Positions 21,051-30,966 of a stretch of 64,000 nucleotides of DNA are shown one piece after another (position 1 is the first letter of the stretch; the number at the start of each line of letters is the position of its first letter). The position numbers were made by a program, and so were the translations under genes. This stretch comes from an uncultured cyanobacterium (GTDB taxonomy: Bacteria > Cyanobacteriota > Cyanobacteriia > Pseudanabaenales > Pseudanabaenaceae): contig OY969811.1 of assembly GCA_963703315.1 (NCBI GenBank), positions 3,424,001-3,488,000 of the forward strand, read 5' to 3'. The notes beneath the pieces are model-generated. The model did no database searches, was not told the origin of the DNA, and worked only from the letters and a program-made list of their open reading frames with translations.

Positions 21051-22058
21051 ATGACACGTGATATTCGTATTGGTTTTGCAAACTCTGTGGGTAACACCCC
21101 TTTAATTGAAATTGAGTCACTTTCTAAGGCGACAGGATGCACCATTTTGGGTAAAGCCGAATTTTTAAATCCTGGTGGCAGTGTTAAAGATCGAGCAGCG
21201 CTATTTATGGTGCTAGAAGCTGAAAAAGCAGGAACCATTCAGGCTGGTGGCACAATTGTAGAAGGGACGGCGGGTAATACTGGTATTGGACTGTCGCTAG
21301 TTGCCAATGCTCGTGGTTATCGCAGCGTGATCGTCATGCCTAGCAACCAATCTCAAGAAAAAATTGATTTGCTAAGGACTTTAGGTGCTGAAGTAGAACT
21401 AACTAACCCTGTACCTTTCTCTAATCCTGACAATTACTATCACGTTGCCCGTAGACGTGCCGAAGAAATTGAGAATGCGTTTTGGGCAAATCAGTTTGAA
21501 AATTTATCTAACTCTGACGCGCATTACCATACGACTGCCCCTGAAATCTGGAGACAAACAGGTGGTGAACTAGATGGAGTGGTGATGTCTTCTGGTACGG
21601 GTGGTACGATTGGCGGCGTGACGGCTTATCTCAAAGAGCAGAATCCTAAAATTGCGACTTATTTAATTGATCCCACTGGTTCTGGTTTATATAGTTACAT
21701 CACTACGGGTGAATTTAAAGCTGAAGGTAATTCGATTACTGAGGGTATCGGCATTAACCGAGCCACTGCAAATTTTAATCGCGCTCAATTAGATGGTGCT
21801 TTTCAGGGAACCGATCAGCAGGTAATTGAGATGGCACAATATTTACTAAAGCATGATGGCTTGTTTGTAGGAAGTTCGGCAGCGCTGAATGTAGTTGGAG
21901 CCGTAAAGTTAGCAAGGAAACTCGGTAAAGGACATACGATCGCTACAATTCTCTGTGATGGTGGTGGGCGATATCAGAGTCGAATGTATAACCCAGAGTG
22001 GCTAGCCGAAAAGGGCTTAACTCCTGTGGCTCAAGGATTGGAGTTTATTGATGAGTAA
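21051..22058 (+). CDS. cysK: Cysteine synthase A-type PLP enzyme
   Basis: GNTPLI, NPGGSVKDR, EGTAGNTG, GTGGT. Confidence 0.9.
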   Translation: MTRDIRIGFANSVGNTPLIEIESLSKATGCTILGKAEFLNPGGSVKDRAALFMVLEAEKAGTIQAGGTIVEGTAGNTGIGLSLVANARGYRSVIVMPSNQSQEKIDLLRTLGAEVELTNPVPFSNPDNYYHVARRRAEEIENAFWANQFENLSNSDAHYHTTAPEIWRQTGGELDGVVMSSGTGGTIGGVTAYLKEQNPKIATYLIDPTGSGLYSYITTGEFKAEGNSITEGIGINRATANFNRAQLDGAFQGTDQQVIEMAQYLLKHDGLFVGSSAALNVVGAVKLARKLGKGHTIATILCDGGGRYQSRMYNPEWLAEKGLTPVAQGLEFIDE

Positions 22059-22506
22059 TGCAGCTGTGAATCTAGAGACTAATCCTGAACCACCTCCCAA
22101 AAAATATCGACGTATTGGTGTCGGTGTGGTCTGGGATCGCGATCGCCAAAGGATCTTAATTGATCGCCGTTTACCTGAAGGTGAATTGGCAGGATATTGG
22201 GAATTCCCTGGGGGCAAGATTGAGCCTCATGAAGATGCGGCAACTTGCATCAAGCGGGAATTGCTAGAGGAATTAGCGATCAATATAGAGGTGGGCGATC
22301 ACTTGATTACGGTTGATCATGAATATCAGACTCTGAAGGTAAGTTTGATTGTGCATCATTGTATTCATGTTTCAGGTGAACCACAGGCGATCGCTTGTTC
22401 AGAATTTCTCTGGGTCACAGTTAATGATTTAGAAACCTATCAATTGCCAGCCGCCAATTATCAAATTGTCCAAGCTTTAAAGTTATCGCCATTCCCATTT
22501 TCCTAA
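22051..22506 (+). CDS. mutT: 8-oxo-dGTP diphosphatase (Nudix)
   Basis: WEFPGGKIE...RELLEEL Nudix box, PAAN C-terminus. Confidence 0.88.
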   Translation: MSNAAVNLETNPEPPPKKYRRIGVGVVWDRDRQRILIDRRLPEGELAGYWEFPGGKIEPHEDAATCIKRELLEELAINIEVGDHLITVDHEYQTLKVSLIVHHCIHVSGEPQAIACSEFLWVTVNDLETYQLPAANYQIVQALKLSPFPFS

Positions 22507-22513
22507 AGCCTCT

Positions 22514-22750
22514 CAAAAGATTGATAGCGGCGCTTCGCGCCGCTATCAATCTTTTGGCTTTTTGCTTCTTACCTAGCCAGACCCAGCAAGAGTTAGCTAG
22601 TACAAATCAAAACCCCAGAAATGAGTTGCGGCGCAAAGCGCCGCAACTCATTTCTGGTTTTATGTCCTAAGCAAAACTTGCATTGTTATAGATCTAAAAC
22701 CTGTAGCGCACGCTGCGCGTGCGCTACAGGTTTTAATTATGCCTACTTAA
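22514..22750. repeat. Cluster of three adjacent palindromic repeats (short REP, family B, family A core)
   Basis: Hairpins at 22514-22556, ~22586-22690 and ~22695-22750. Confidence 0.8.
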
Positions 22751-22891
22751 TTATGTAAAGAAATAAAACTAAATACAAATATTTCTTTACACTTTGCCTT
22801 TAAGCAAAAATCCTTAGAGAGATTGAATTATCAAGTTTTTTTAATGCCCCGCATAAGTTCTGCTCATAATCTGGGGATAACAGCGCGAACT

Positions 22892-22909
22892 TTGCACTAA
22901 ATCTGCACA
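22892..22909 (+). promoter_or_regulatory. L-box-like direct repeat (candidate RcaC site)
   Basis: TTGCACT-aaat-CTGCACA versus L-box TTGCACA-N4-TTGCACA, 6/7 match in each half, upstream of the linker genes. Confidence 0.55.
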
Positions 22910-23104
22910 AATTAGCTGTTTTAATCGCTCTATTAGGAATCAGCGTGAATGACTTTAATTATTACACCTGAATCTTAAATTTTTAGTTGATCTTTTTTTA
23001 TCTTTTTCACTAAGTTTCTATTTAATGTTTGGGAAATTATCTTTCTCAAACATCATCAAACATAAAAAACATCATAAAAAACATATTTTCAGGAGCTTCA
23101 ATAT

Positions 23105-23923
23105 ATGACAAGTTCTGCGGCAGCTACCCAGTTGGGATTTGAGCCTTTTGTTAATTTTTCTCCTCTAGAACTACGCACATATCGGAGTGATGCCGATGTT
23201 CAAGCCGTAATTAATGGTGCTTATCGTCAGGTTTTTGGGAATGAATACATCACTCTTTCCCAACGCCTCACTAGTGCTGAATCTTTGCTAACTAATGGCA
23301 GTATTTCCGTTCGGGATTTTGTCCGCGCTTTGGCTCAGTCAGAATTGTACCGCGACAAGTTCTTTTCTTCTACACCACAAGTTCGTTTCATCGAATTGAA
23401 CTTCAAACATCTCTTGGGTCGCGCTCCCAATGATGAGGCAGAGATTACAGAACACGTCAATCTCTATATTGAGAAAGGCTATGAAGCTGAAATCAATTCC
23501 TATGTTGATTCTGCTGAATATGAAGAGAGCTTTGGTGATGCGATCGTTCCTTACTACCGCACATTTGCCACTCAGCGTGGTCAAAAAACTGTAGCGTTTA
23601 ATCGCATTTTCCAACTCTATCGTGGTTATGCTAACAGCGATCGCTCTCAAGGCAAAAACAAATCTGCATGGTTGACTAACGACCTTGCTCAAAACAGTTC
23701 TAACCCCATTCGCACTGCCAATTTTGGACAAGGACTGGCTGGTAATACCAGTGATGATCGTGGACAACTTTATCGCATCAGTGCCGTTCAAGCTGAACGT
23801 GGAAAGACTACGCAAATTCGTCGCAGTGTCACTGAGTATTTAGTTCCCTATGATCAGCTATCTTCCATGTTGCAAAGGTTGAATAAGCGCGGTAGCCGTA
23901 TCACCCAAGTTGCCCTTGCTTAA
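23105..23923 (+). CDS. cpcH: Phycocyanin rod linker (CpcC family, CpcH-like)
   Basis: [32 protein letters not shown] and C-terminal CpcD-like domain; as I recall, closely resembles Fremyella CpcH2 (SQGKNKSAWLT). Confidence 0.85.
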   Translation: MTSSAAATQLGFEPFVNFSPLELRTYRSDADVQAVINGAYRQVFGNEYITLSQRLTSAESLLTNGSISVRDFVRALAQSELYRDKFFSSTPQVRFIELNFKHLLGRAPNDEAEITEHVNLYIEKGYEAEINSYVDSAEYEESFGDAIVPYYRTFATQRGQKTVAFNRIFQLYRGYANSDRSQGKNKSAWLTNDLAQNSSNPIRTANFGQGLAGNTSDDRGQLYRISAVQAERGKTTQIRRSVTEYLVPYDQLSSMLQRLNKRGSRITQVALA

Positions 23924-24028
23924 CGAGATTGTATTTATCACCGTTGGCAATTGCAATTTGTCAGGACTTCCGTAATAACTGTAGAGGCAATGTATTATTT
24001 GCCTCTACTAAGTTTCTTGTATATTCTT

Positions 24029-24105
24029 TATAGCGTTTTTCAGCCTAGTGAAGTACGGGTTTAGGAAACAAACCTATGTATCTCTCTTGCTTGAGAAGCA
24101 CTATA
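24029..24105. repeat. Degenerate tatagcg...cactata-bounded MITE-like remnant
   Basis: Imperfect terminal IR tatagcgtttttca / tgagaagcactata. Confidence 0.45.
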
Positions 24106-24283
24106 TAACAAGCAAATTGCAGTAAATAAGATATTTTGTAATTATTACTAATGTAATCACCCATATTTTTGTTAAAATGATCGTATAGTAACGATTTTGG
24201 CAAAAATACTGATTTTATTTCAAATCAATTATTACTTCAGCCTCAAGCGCTAGAATCTATCTAAAATTTAAGGAAAACAAACT

Positions 24284-25153
24284 ATGGCAATTACCGATGC
24301 CGCATCTCGTTTAGGAACTGCTCCTTTTAGCGATTTCAAACCAGTGGAACTACGTCCCAACTTTTCTCCAGAGGACGCTCAAATTGTGATCAATGCTGTC
24401 TATCGCCATGTATTAGGCAATGATTACATCTTGGCAGCCGATCGCTTGGTTGGACTAGAATCTTTGCTAACCAATGGTCAAATCACCGTGCGTGATTTTG
24501 TACGTGCAGTTGCCAAGTCTGACCTATACAAAACTAAGTTCCTCTATAGCAACTTCCATACTCGTGTCATTGAATTAAACTTCAAGCACTTGTTAGGACG
24601 CGCTCCCTATGCAGAAACTGAAGTAGTTGAGCATCTTGATCGCTATCAGAACGAAGGTTTTGATGCTGATATTGATTCTTTCATCGATTCTGATGAGTAC
24701 GAAGCAAGCTTTGGTGATTCCATCGTTCCTTACTATCGCAGTTTCAAAGTTGGCACTGGCGATAGAACCGTTGGCTTTACCAGAATCTTCCGTCTCTATC
24801 GTGGTTATGCCAACAGCGATCGCGCTCAAGTTGCTGGAGATGCTTCCAGACTAGCAACTGAACTTGCTCAAAATAGCATTTCCCCAATCGTTGGCGCTTC
24901 TGGCGGTAATGATGGTTGGGCATATCAACCTGCTAAGCAAGGTAATGCTCCTAACCGTGCATTTGGTCGTTCTTCTGTCGGTTCTACAGATCGTCTATAC
25001 AGAATCGAAGTTTCTGCGATCTCTCTACCTAGATACCCTCAAGTTCGTCGCAGCAACAGAGAGTACATTGTCTCCTACAAAGAGTTGAACAACACCCTAG
25101 CACGCATCAGCAAGTTGGGTGGCAAAGTCGCAAGTATTACGATCGCTCAATAG
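24284..25153 (+). CDS. cpcC: Phycocyanin rod linker (CpcC family, CpcI-like)
   Basis: [35 protein letters not shown]...LGGKVASIT. Confidence 0.9.
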   Translation: MAITDAASRLGTAPFSDFKPVELRPNFSPEDAQIVINAVYRHVLGNDYILAADRLVGLESLLTNGQITVRDFVRAVAKSDLYKTKFLYSNFHTRVIELNFKHLLGRAPYAETEVVEHLDRYQNEGFDADIDSFIDSDEYEASFGDSIVPYYRSFKVGTGDRTVGFTRIFRLYRGYANSDRAQVAGDASRLATELAQNSISPIVGASGGNDGWAYQPAKQGNAPNRAFGRSSVGSTDRLYRIEVSAISLPRYPQVRRSNREYIVSYKELNNTLARISKLGGKVASITIAQ

Positions 25154-25350
25154 TTAGAGGCATTTGCACTCTTGCTGTACTTCCTTCGTAGTAATGCTTA
25201 ATTCCCAAAAGTGTGCCAATACTTTTGGGAATTAAAAACCAAATCCAGCAATGGTTTTAAAAGCTAAAAATAATTAGTGTGGCGCGGCTTTGCCGTGTAG
25301 CACTAATTATTCATTTCTATTTCCAAAATATACATTCAAAATTTATTACT

Positions 25351-25572
25351 ATGGCTCTTTCTACTTCAGCTACAGATACTCGTGTTTTTCTCTATGAAGT
25401 GTCAGGATTACGTCAAAATGATGTAACCGATAAAAACACCTATCCTATTCGCAACAGCAGTAACTTCTTTGTTCGTGTGCCTTTCAGCCGCCTCAATGAG
25501 CAAACACGTAAAATCACTCGTCTCGGTGGCACAATCGTGAGCATTCGCCCACTTACTGAGTCTGCATCTTAG
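25351..25572 (+). CDS. cpcD: Rod-capping linker CpcD
   Basis: FLYEVSGLRQ...IRNS...VPFSRLNEQTRKITRLGGTIVSIRP; start set at ATG 25351. Confidence 0.92.
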   Translation: MALSTSATDTRVFLYEVSGLRQNDVTDKNTYPIRNSSNFFVRVPFSRLNEQTRKITRLGGTIVSIRPLTESAS

Positions 25573-25613
25573 GCTGCTAAGCATCTCCATCAATTAATTT
25601 TCACATCAACAAA

Positions 25614-25697
25614 CACAAAATCAGAAAGAGAGTTGCGGCGCTCCGCGCCGCAACTCTCTTTCTGATTTTGTGTCCTAAGCAAAACTTTTTTCCTATA
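25614..25697. repeat. Family-B partial repeat, probable terminator of the linker genes
   Basis: cacaaaatcagaaagagagttgcggcgc-tcc-gcgccgcaactctctttctgattttgtg followed by tcctaagcaaaact. Confidence 0.75.
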
Positions 25698-25893
25698 AAG
25701 AAGAAGAGGTTGCACTAAGTGCAACCTCTTCTTCTTTATAGGAAATATCCCATCTCAACACAAAAAACTTCATTATCCCCGTTTGCCCTTTCTGTATGAA
25801 AATGGGCAAGCCACAAAAATATATAAATAGAACTTTTGTGGTTTTCAAGTTGTCTCTAACAGCTTGAAAATCGCGGTAGAGTAATTTAAACAA

Positions 25894-26346
25894 TTACCAC
25901 AAGGCAGGGACAGGACGGTTAGGTACTGCCGCTGGAGGCTCAAATCTGGGCATGGGAACCGCAGGAGCAGGTTCTTCAGGAGCAGCACAAGCATTAAATC
26001 CTTCAGAAAGCAAAGAAGAACAGTAAGAACTTGGCAAATCACGGGTACGAATAGTCGCATCGCTAAGAGTTTGCAAGTCTAGCATTTCTCGATTAATTGC
26101 TCGAACAGCATTGGCTTGACGTTCAATCCATTGATCCCTAAAGGTAGTTTGTATATAGGGATTAGGCAAGTTCGGATCAGAGGTCATATCTAAAACTTTG
26201 TTCTGTACCTGAGGATAGGTAGGAGGAAAGTTCCGAGGATATTGATCTTGATCCGTGAGTAGGGGATCGGCAAAAGCTGCACCACTAGCTAACAGCGTTG
26301 AAGCTACAACCATTGATGAAGCGAGCCACGAGAACCTAGTATTCAT
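25894..26346 (-). CDS. Secreted hypothetical protein
   Basis: Signal peptide MNTRFSW...AAFA; IRTRDLPSSY motif and Pro-rich tail ending VPALW. Confidence 0.7.
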   Translation of the reverse strand: MNTRFSWLASSMVVASTLLASGAAFADPLLTDQDQYPRNFPPTYPQVQNKVLDMTSDPNLPNPYIQTTFRDQWIERQANAVRAINREMLDLQTLSDATIRTRDLPSSYCSSLLSEGFNACAAPEEPAPAVPMPRFEPPAAVPNRPVPALW

Positions 26347-26533
26347 ATAAATAGGCATCCTCACAGTTGGACGCTGACTAATGTAGCAGATCCAGTCATA
26401 AATTGACTGGTTTCTCAAAATTAGGTGGGGCAATTCAAAAAATAGCAGTGCCATTTTTTGAATCGGTATTAAGCAAGTGACAAGCGTTTACACTTAAAAA
26501 GGAATTTACAAACTCAAAATTTAATTCAACGTT

Positions 26534-27103
26534 GTGGAACATTCAAATCGTGAAAAGTTACTAGACCTGTTTTGTCGTCTGGCTTATAAAAGTGGGGACT
26601 TTACCCTGTCTTCTGGACAAAAAAGTACTTACTACATCAATGGCAAACTAGTTACACTGCATCCCTTTGGCGGACTATGGACTGGACAGGTATTACTGTC
26701 TCAGTTGCCAGAAGGCACAGGTGCAGTAGCGGGTTTAACCCTCGGTGCTGACCCGATTGTTAGCGCTGTCAGCGTAGTCTCTGCTTACGAAAATCGCCCG
26801 ATTCCTGCCCTAATTATTCGGAAGCAGCCTAAGGGTCATGGCACTGCGGCATGGATTGAGGGACCTGAACTTGCACCGAATACGAATGTGGTCGTACTAG
26901 AAGATGTCGTCACAACAGGTCAATCAGCCTTGTTTGCTGTTGAGAAGTTGCGTGATGCAGGTTATACCGTGACCCACGTATTAACACTAGTCGATCGCCA
27001 GCAGGGTGGTGCTGAGCTTTATGCTAAAGAAGGATTAAAGTTTGGAGCCGTATTTGAGATTAGCGAAATTCAAAGCTATGCCAAAGACACCCTAAAAAAT
27101 TAA
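26534..27103 (+). CDS. pyrE: Orotate phosphoribosyltransferase
   Basis: FTLSSGQKSTYY, IRKQPKGHG, PRPP-binding VVVLEDVVTTG. Confidence 0.96.
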   Translation: MEHSNREKLLDLFCRLAYKSGDFTLSSGQKSTYYINGKLVTLHPFGGLWTGQVLLSQLPEGTGAVAGLTLGADPIVSAVSVVSAYENRPIPALIIRKQPKGHGTAAWIEGPELAPNTNVVVLEDVVTTGQSALFAVEKLRDAGYTVTHVLTLVDRQQGGAELYAKEGLKFGAVFEISEIQSYAKDTLKN

Positions 27104-27139
27104 AAATGCACCGCGCAAAGCGCGGTGCATTTTTAATTT
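27097..27139. terminator. REP-like hairpin between convergent genes
   Basis: aaattaaaaatgcaccgcgc-aaa-gcgcggtgcatttttaattt. Confidence 0.7.
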
Positions 27140-27929
27140 AATAAATAGCTTCCTTGGGCTTAACTAAATTAATTGCTCTCAAGCCTGAAATTACACCCGT
27201 GCCAATGACTGCTCCAGACAAGCCTCGCATCGCATTCTCGACAGGAACAATCGGAATCAGCGCATTCCAAATTGGTTCTGGCCAGTTGAAGAGATAGTAA
27301 GTAAAGGGAACTTGACTAAGGTGAGCCAGTCCACACACAGTCCAAGTACCAGCAAATATTCCGATCGCCACTTTGACAAGATTATCACTGCTAATTAAAT
27401 TGGCAAATAATGTCCGTGTTGGCAATGCAAACAACAGTAGCCCTGACCAATCGATAAAGGCTCCTAAAATAAAAGTATTTACAGGAATAGCATTACGGGC
27501 GATCGCTAAATAGGCATAGGTTACTAATTCCAGAACAAAGAGAACTGTTAAGCCTAAATACCAAAATTGTCTACTGCGATTTGTACCCATTGCTCCTGCC
27601 GCAAAACTAGCGATCACTGCGCCCCAAATCGCAACTGCGGGAACACTCCCTGCTGTATGGGGCGCAAGGAAGATGCCGATAAAAGTACCAATGCCACTTG
27701 CCAAAGCGCCTGCTAACGAGCCAAGTATCCAACCCAGCAAAGGATAGATACTTTGGCTGAGGGGAATACCTTTACCAGAGCCAAGCACAATCGAAAAAGG
27801 GATAAATGCTAACACCGTGACGACAGCAGCGAGGACGATGATGTAAGCGATCGGCGTGCCATCGATCGCCGCACCTCCGATCGTCTTTACTTCACGCTCT
27901 GAGCCTTCTGGGGTATGGTTTTCAGTCAT
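27138..27929 (-). CDS. Multi-pass membrane protein, ECF S-component-like
   Basis: ~7 hydrophobic helices; GWILGSLAGALASGIG resembles the S-component pattern. Confidence 0.6.
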   Translation of the reverse strand: MTENHTPEGSEREVKTIGGAAIDGTPIAYIIVLAAVVTVLAFIPFSIVLGSGKGIPLSQSIYPLLGWILGSLAGALASGIGTFIGIFLAPHTAGSVPAVAIWGAVIASFAAGAMGTNRSRQFWYLGLTVLFVLELVTYAYLAIARNAIPVNTFILGAFIDWSGLLLFALPTRTLFANLISSDNLVKVAIGIFAGTWTVCGLAHLSQVPFTYYLFNWPEPIWNALIPIVPVENAMRGLSGAVIGTGVISGLRAINLVKPKEAIY

Positions 27930-28219
27930 GACAATTATTATAAGCTTTGATATTCTTGGCGATCGGAGTCTAGATACAAAGAATATACCTTATCCCTTAC
28001 CTCTAATCTTTACCAACAAAGTAAAACTATCATTCCATAGGATTTAGCTGTAAAGCTTACTAAACAAAGGCTTGAGTAGATATTAATAGATGGCTGCAAT
28101 AAAAATTTGATCAAAGTTTGGTCAAGTTATTGACTTAAATTCTCAAATAGGTTTAAGCTGTATTTAATAGTTATTGCGAGTAATTCTTTTTAATGCAGCG
28201 ATCTCTTTCTCCAAAATTA

Positions 28220-29239
28220 ATGAAAAAAAACTTGTTATCACCTATTCATTTTGCTGTAACCATAGGATTAGTAACATTAGTTGGCTTGACTTCCTGTAGC
28301 AACAATGAGCAAGCACCAACATCACAGCCTAATCCAACAACGACTAAAGCTGCTGATAAAGAACCTGCCAAAGACGCTAAACCTGCTCAAACTCAAGCAG
28401 CCCAAGCTCCCATTTCCGAAATCACGATCGCCTTTGCCACTCGTCGTGACACCAAAGATTTACAAACCAAAGTTGACCAAGTTGCCGCCATCCTATCCAA
28501 AGAAGTTGGCATTCCTGTTAAAGGTGTAATCGGTGACGAAACCGCATCAGTGGAAGCCCTCAGAGCTAATCGCGCTAGTGTTGCTTTTCTTAGTGGTCGT
28601 GCTGCACTCAAGGCAGAACAACTATCAGGCGCAAAAATGTACTTAGCAGAAGTACGCACTGATTATTCGGGTGGTAAATCTTACAATGCTGTATTTGTTG
28701 TTCCTGAAGAGAGTCCTTTAAAATCTCTGTCCGATCCTCAAAAAACTCTAGAACAGTTACGTGGTAAACGGATGGCATTTACTTCCCGTTCTTCTGGTTC
28801 AGGATTTATCTTTCCTGTGAGCGAATTGGTAGGGCTGAAGTTTGTAGATGGTCCTGATCGCTTAGAGCAGTTTTTTGGGAAAGTTACCTATGGGGATGGC
28901 TATAGCAGCGCCTTGCAAGCAGTATTGCGTGACCAAGCGGATGTGGCTGTAGTTTCAGAATATGCGTTGCTTCCACCTTGGATTACTGCCGAAGAGGGGA
29001 AAAAGTTGCGGGTTCTCCATGCTGTTCCCAATGTACCTGCTCATGGAATTTCCATTGATGACAGTGTGCCTGCGGATGTGCGCGAAAAGCTAGTTAATGC
29101 TTTTCTAAAACTAAATGAGCCTGCCAATAATGAACTATTCCGCAGTCTTTACAATTCCACGCAGCTAGTCAAGGTTGATCACGAGGCGCACTTGGCGACT
29201 ATGCGTACCGCTATTCAACGGGCGGGATTAAAACCATAA
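28220..29239 (+). CDS. phnD: Phosphate/phosphite/phosphonate ABC transporter substrate-binding lipoprotein (PhnD family)
   Basis: Lipobox LTSC, AFTSRSSGSGFIFP, operon with ATPase and permease. Confidence 0.8.
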   Translation: MKKNLLSPIHFAVTIGLVTLVGLTSCSNNEQAPTSQPNPTTTKAADKEPAKDAKPAQTQAAQAPISEITIAFATRRDTKDLQTKVDQVAAILSKEVGIPVKGVIGDETASVEALRANRASVAFLSGRAALKAEQLSGAKMYLAEVRTDYSGGKSYNAVFVVPEESPLKSLSDPQKTLEQLRGKRMAFTSRSSGSGFIFPVSELVGLKFVDGPDRLEQFFGKVTYGDGYSSALQAVLRDQADVAVVSEYALLPPWITAEEGKKLRVLHAVPNVPAHGISIDDSVPADVREKLVNAFLKLNEPANNELFRSLYNSTQLVKVDHEAHLATMRTAIQRAGLKP

Positions 29240-29283
29240 ATTTATTGCCTAGCTTTGCTAGGCAATAAATTTATTTATATAAA

Positions 29284-29350
29284 TAGGACTTACGCAGAAA
29301 TTGATTAAGCCCTCACCCCTCTCCCGCAGGAGAGGGGGAACAAGAAAAAA
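29284..29350. repeat. Family-C end with a ccctctccc...ggagaggg hairpin; inverted homologue at 63745-63821
   Basis: taggacttacgcagaa...ccctcacccc...ggagaggggg aacaagaaaaa matches the reverse complement of the 63.8 kb copy. Confidence 0.7.
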
Positions 29351-29366
29351 TTAGAATTTCAAAACG

Positions 29367-30146
29367 ATGGAACCTTTACCAGATAACAATTTGCCTGCGA
29401 TCGCTTGTCACAATATCCGCACTGAATATCAATCAACTTTACATCGCCCAATTTTGAATGGAATTGATCTCCAAATCAATCATGGGGAATTTGTCGCTTT
29501 ATTGGGAATGAATGGAGCAGGAAAATCCACCTTACTGCGATCGCTTGTTGGCTTAGTGCCGATTAAACAAGGCGAAATTCAAATATGCGGTATTCCCGTT
29601 GAGCAGAGACATATTGGCGCTGTTCGCAAAAATATTGGCTTCCTCTTTCAAGGTGGTGGGCTAGTTGATCAGTTGACCTGTTTAGATAATGTCCTCTGTG
29701 GTTGTCTTGGTGAGTTGACTACGTGGCAGAGCCTCTGGGGATTTCCTCAACGCGATCGCCGTGTGGCTATGCAGCTATTGCAAAAAATGGGCTTGCAAGA
29801 GCAAATCTATCAAAAAGCGCGACAGCTAAGCGGTGGTCAACGTCAGAGAGTAGCGATCGCCCGTACCTTAATTCAGTCTCCCCATATTTTACTTGCCGAT
29901 GAGCCAACTACAGGCTTGGATGTATCAGGGATTAATCAAGTGATGGAATCTCTCTCAGAAATGCACAGCAAAGGCTTAACGGTAGTGGTGGTGATGCATG
30001 ATCTCGCACTGGCTGCCCAGTATGCTCAGAGAGCGATTATTCTCGATGAAGGGAAGGTCTGGTATGATGGGGATTGTCAAAATATTGAAAGACAGTTTGC
30101 CCGATTGCAAAGCCTGTCTCAATTTCCGTCCGCTAGCGCTGCCTAA
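29367..30146 (+). CDS. phnC: Phosphonate-type ABC transporter ATPase
   Basis: GMNGAGKS, LSGGQRQRVAIAR, LLADEPT. Confidence 0.85.
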   Translation: MEPLPDNNLPAIACHNIRTEYQSTLHRPILNGIDLQINHGEFVALLGMNGAGKSTLLRSLVGLVPIKQGEIQICGIPVEQRHIGAVRKNIGFLFQGGGLVDQLTCLDNVLCGCLGELTTWQSLWGFPQRDRRVAMQLLQKMGLQEQIYQKARQLSGGQRQRVAIARTLIQSPHILLADEPTTGLDVSGINQVMESLSEMHSKGLTVVVVMHDLALAAQYAQRAIILDEGKVWYDGDCQNIERQFARLQSLSQFPSASAA

Positions 30147-30961
30147 TGAAATTTTCTGATTGGATTCGCCATAACATTTCTAAATTTACCTCTAACCATC
30201 ACCATATCTGGTTTGTCAGAGTTGGCATAATTGTTGGTTTAGGATGGGCTTATATCTGGTCATTAAATGGACTAAAGGTTAATCTAGAATTAATCAAAAC
30301 TAGTCTGCCCTACATGACAGATTTTCTGTCTAGGCTATTACCACCTGATTTGAGCATCCTTGATGTGGCGGTTAAAGCCCTAATTGAGACTGTGCAAATG
30401 TCTCTATGGGGAACGACTATTGGCGCAATTCTTTCCATTCCCCTTGCACTTTTATCTGCCCGCAATCTTTCTCCTTTTTGGTTGCGATCGCTTGCTAACT
30501 TATTCCAAAATGCAATCCGTTCGGTTCCATCAATTATTTTAGGATTATTCTTTGTGGCAGCGACAGGTTTAGGTGCGCCCGCAGGAACTCTTGCCCTAGG
30601 GATTTATACGATTGGCTATTTAGCCAAGTTCTATCAAGAAGCGATCGAATCTGTAGATCAGCGATCGCTAGAAGCCTTGCAAGTGAGCCGTGCCTCATGG
30701 TGGCAAATTGCTCAATATGGCGTGATGCCTCAAGTTTTGCCGCTTTGCCTTGGTTATACTATCTATATGTTTGAATATAATATTCGTGCCGCCTCAGTTT
30801 TAGGTGTAGTCGGTGCGGGTGGGATTGGCTTCGAGCTAGTTAGCTATATTCGTGGTTTTGAATATAACAAAGCGACAACAATGATGTTGGTTTTGTTAGT
30901 AGTTGTCACTAGTATTGATGCCCTCAGCAGTCAATTGCGGAATAAGTTTAAATCTAATTAA
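30146..30961 (+). CDS. phnE: Phosphonate-type ABC transporter permease
   Basis: FEYNIRAASVLGVVGAGGIG signature. Confidence 0.9.
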   Translation: MKFSDWIRHNISKFTSNHHHIWFVRVGIIVGLGWAYIWSLNGLKVNLELIKTSLPYMTDFLSRLLPPDLSILDVAVKALIETVQMSLWGTTIGAILSIPLALLSARNLSPFWLRSLANLFQNAIRSVPSIILGLFFVAATGLGAPAGTLALGIYTIGYLAKFYQEAIESVDQRSLEALQVSRASWWQIAQYGVMPQVLPLCLGYTIYMFEYNIRAASVLGVVGAGGIGFELVSYIRGFEYNKATTMMLVLLVVVTSIDALSSQLRNKFKSN

Positions 30962-30966
30962 TCCGC

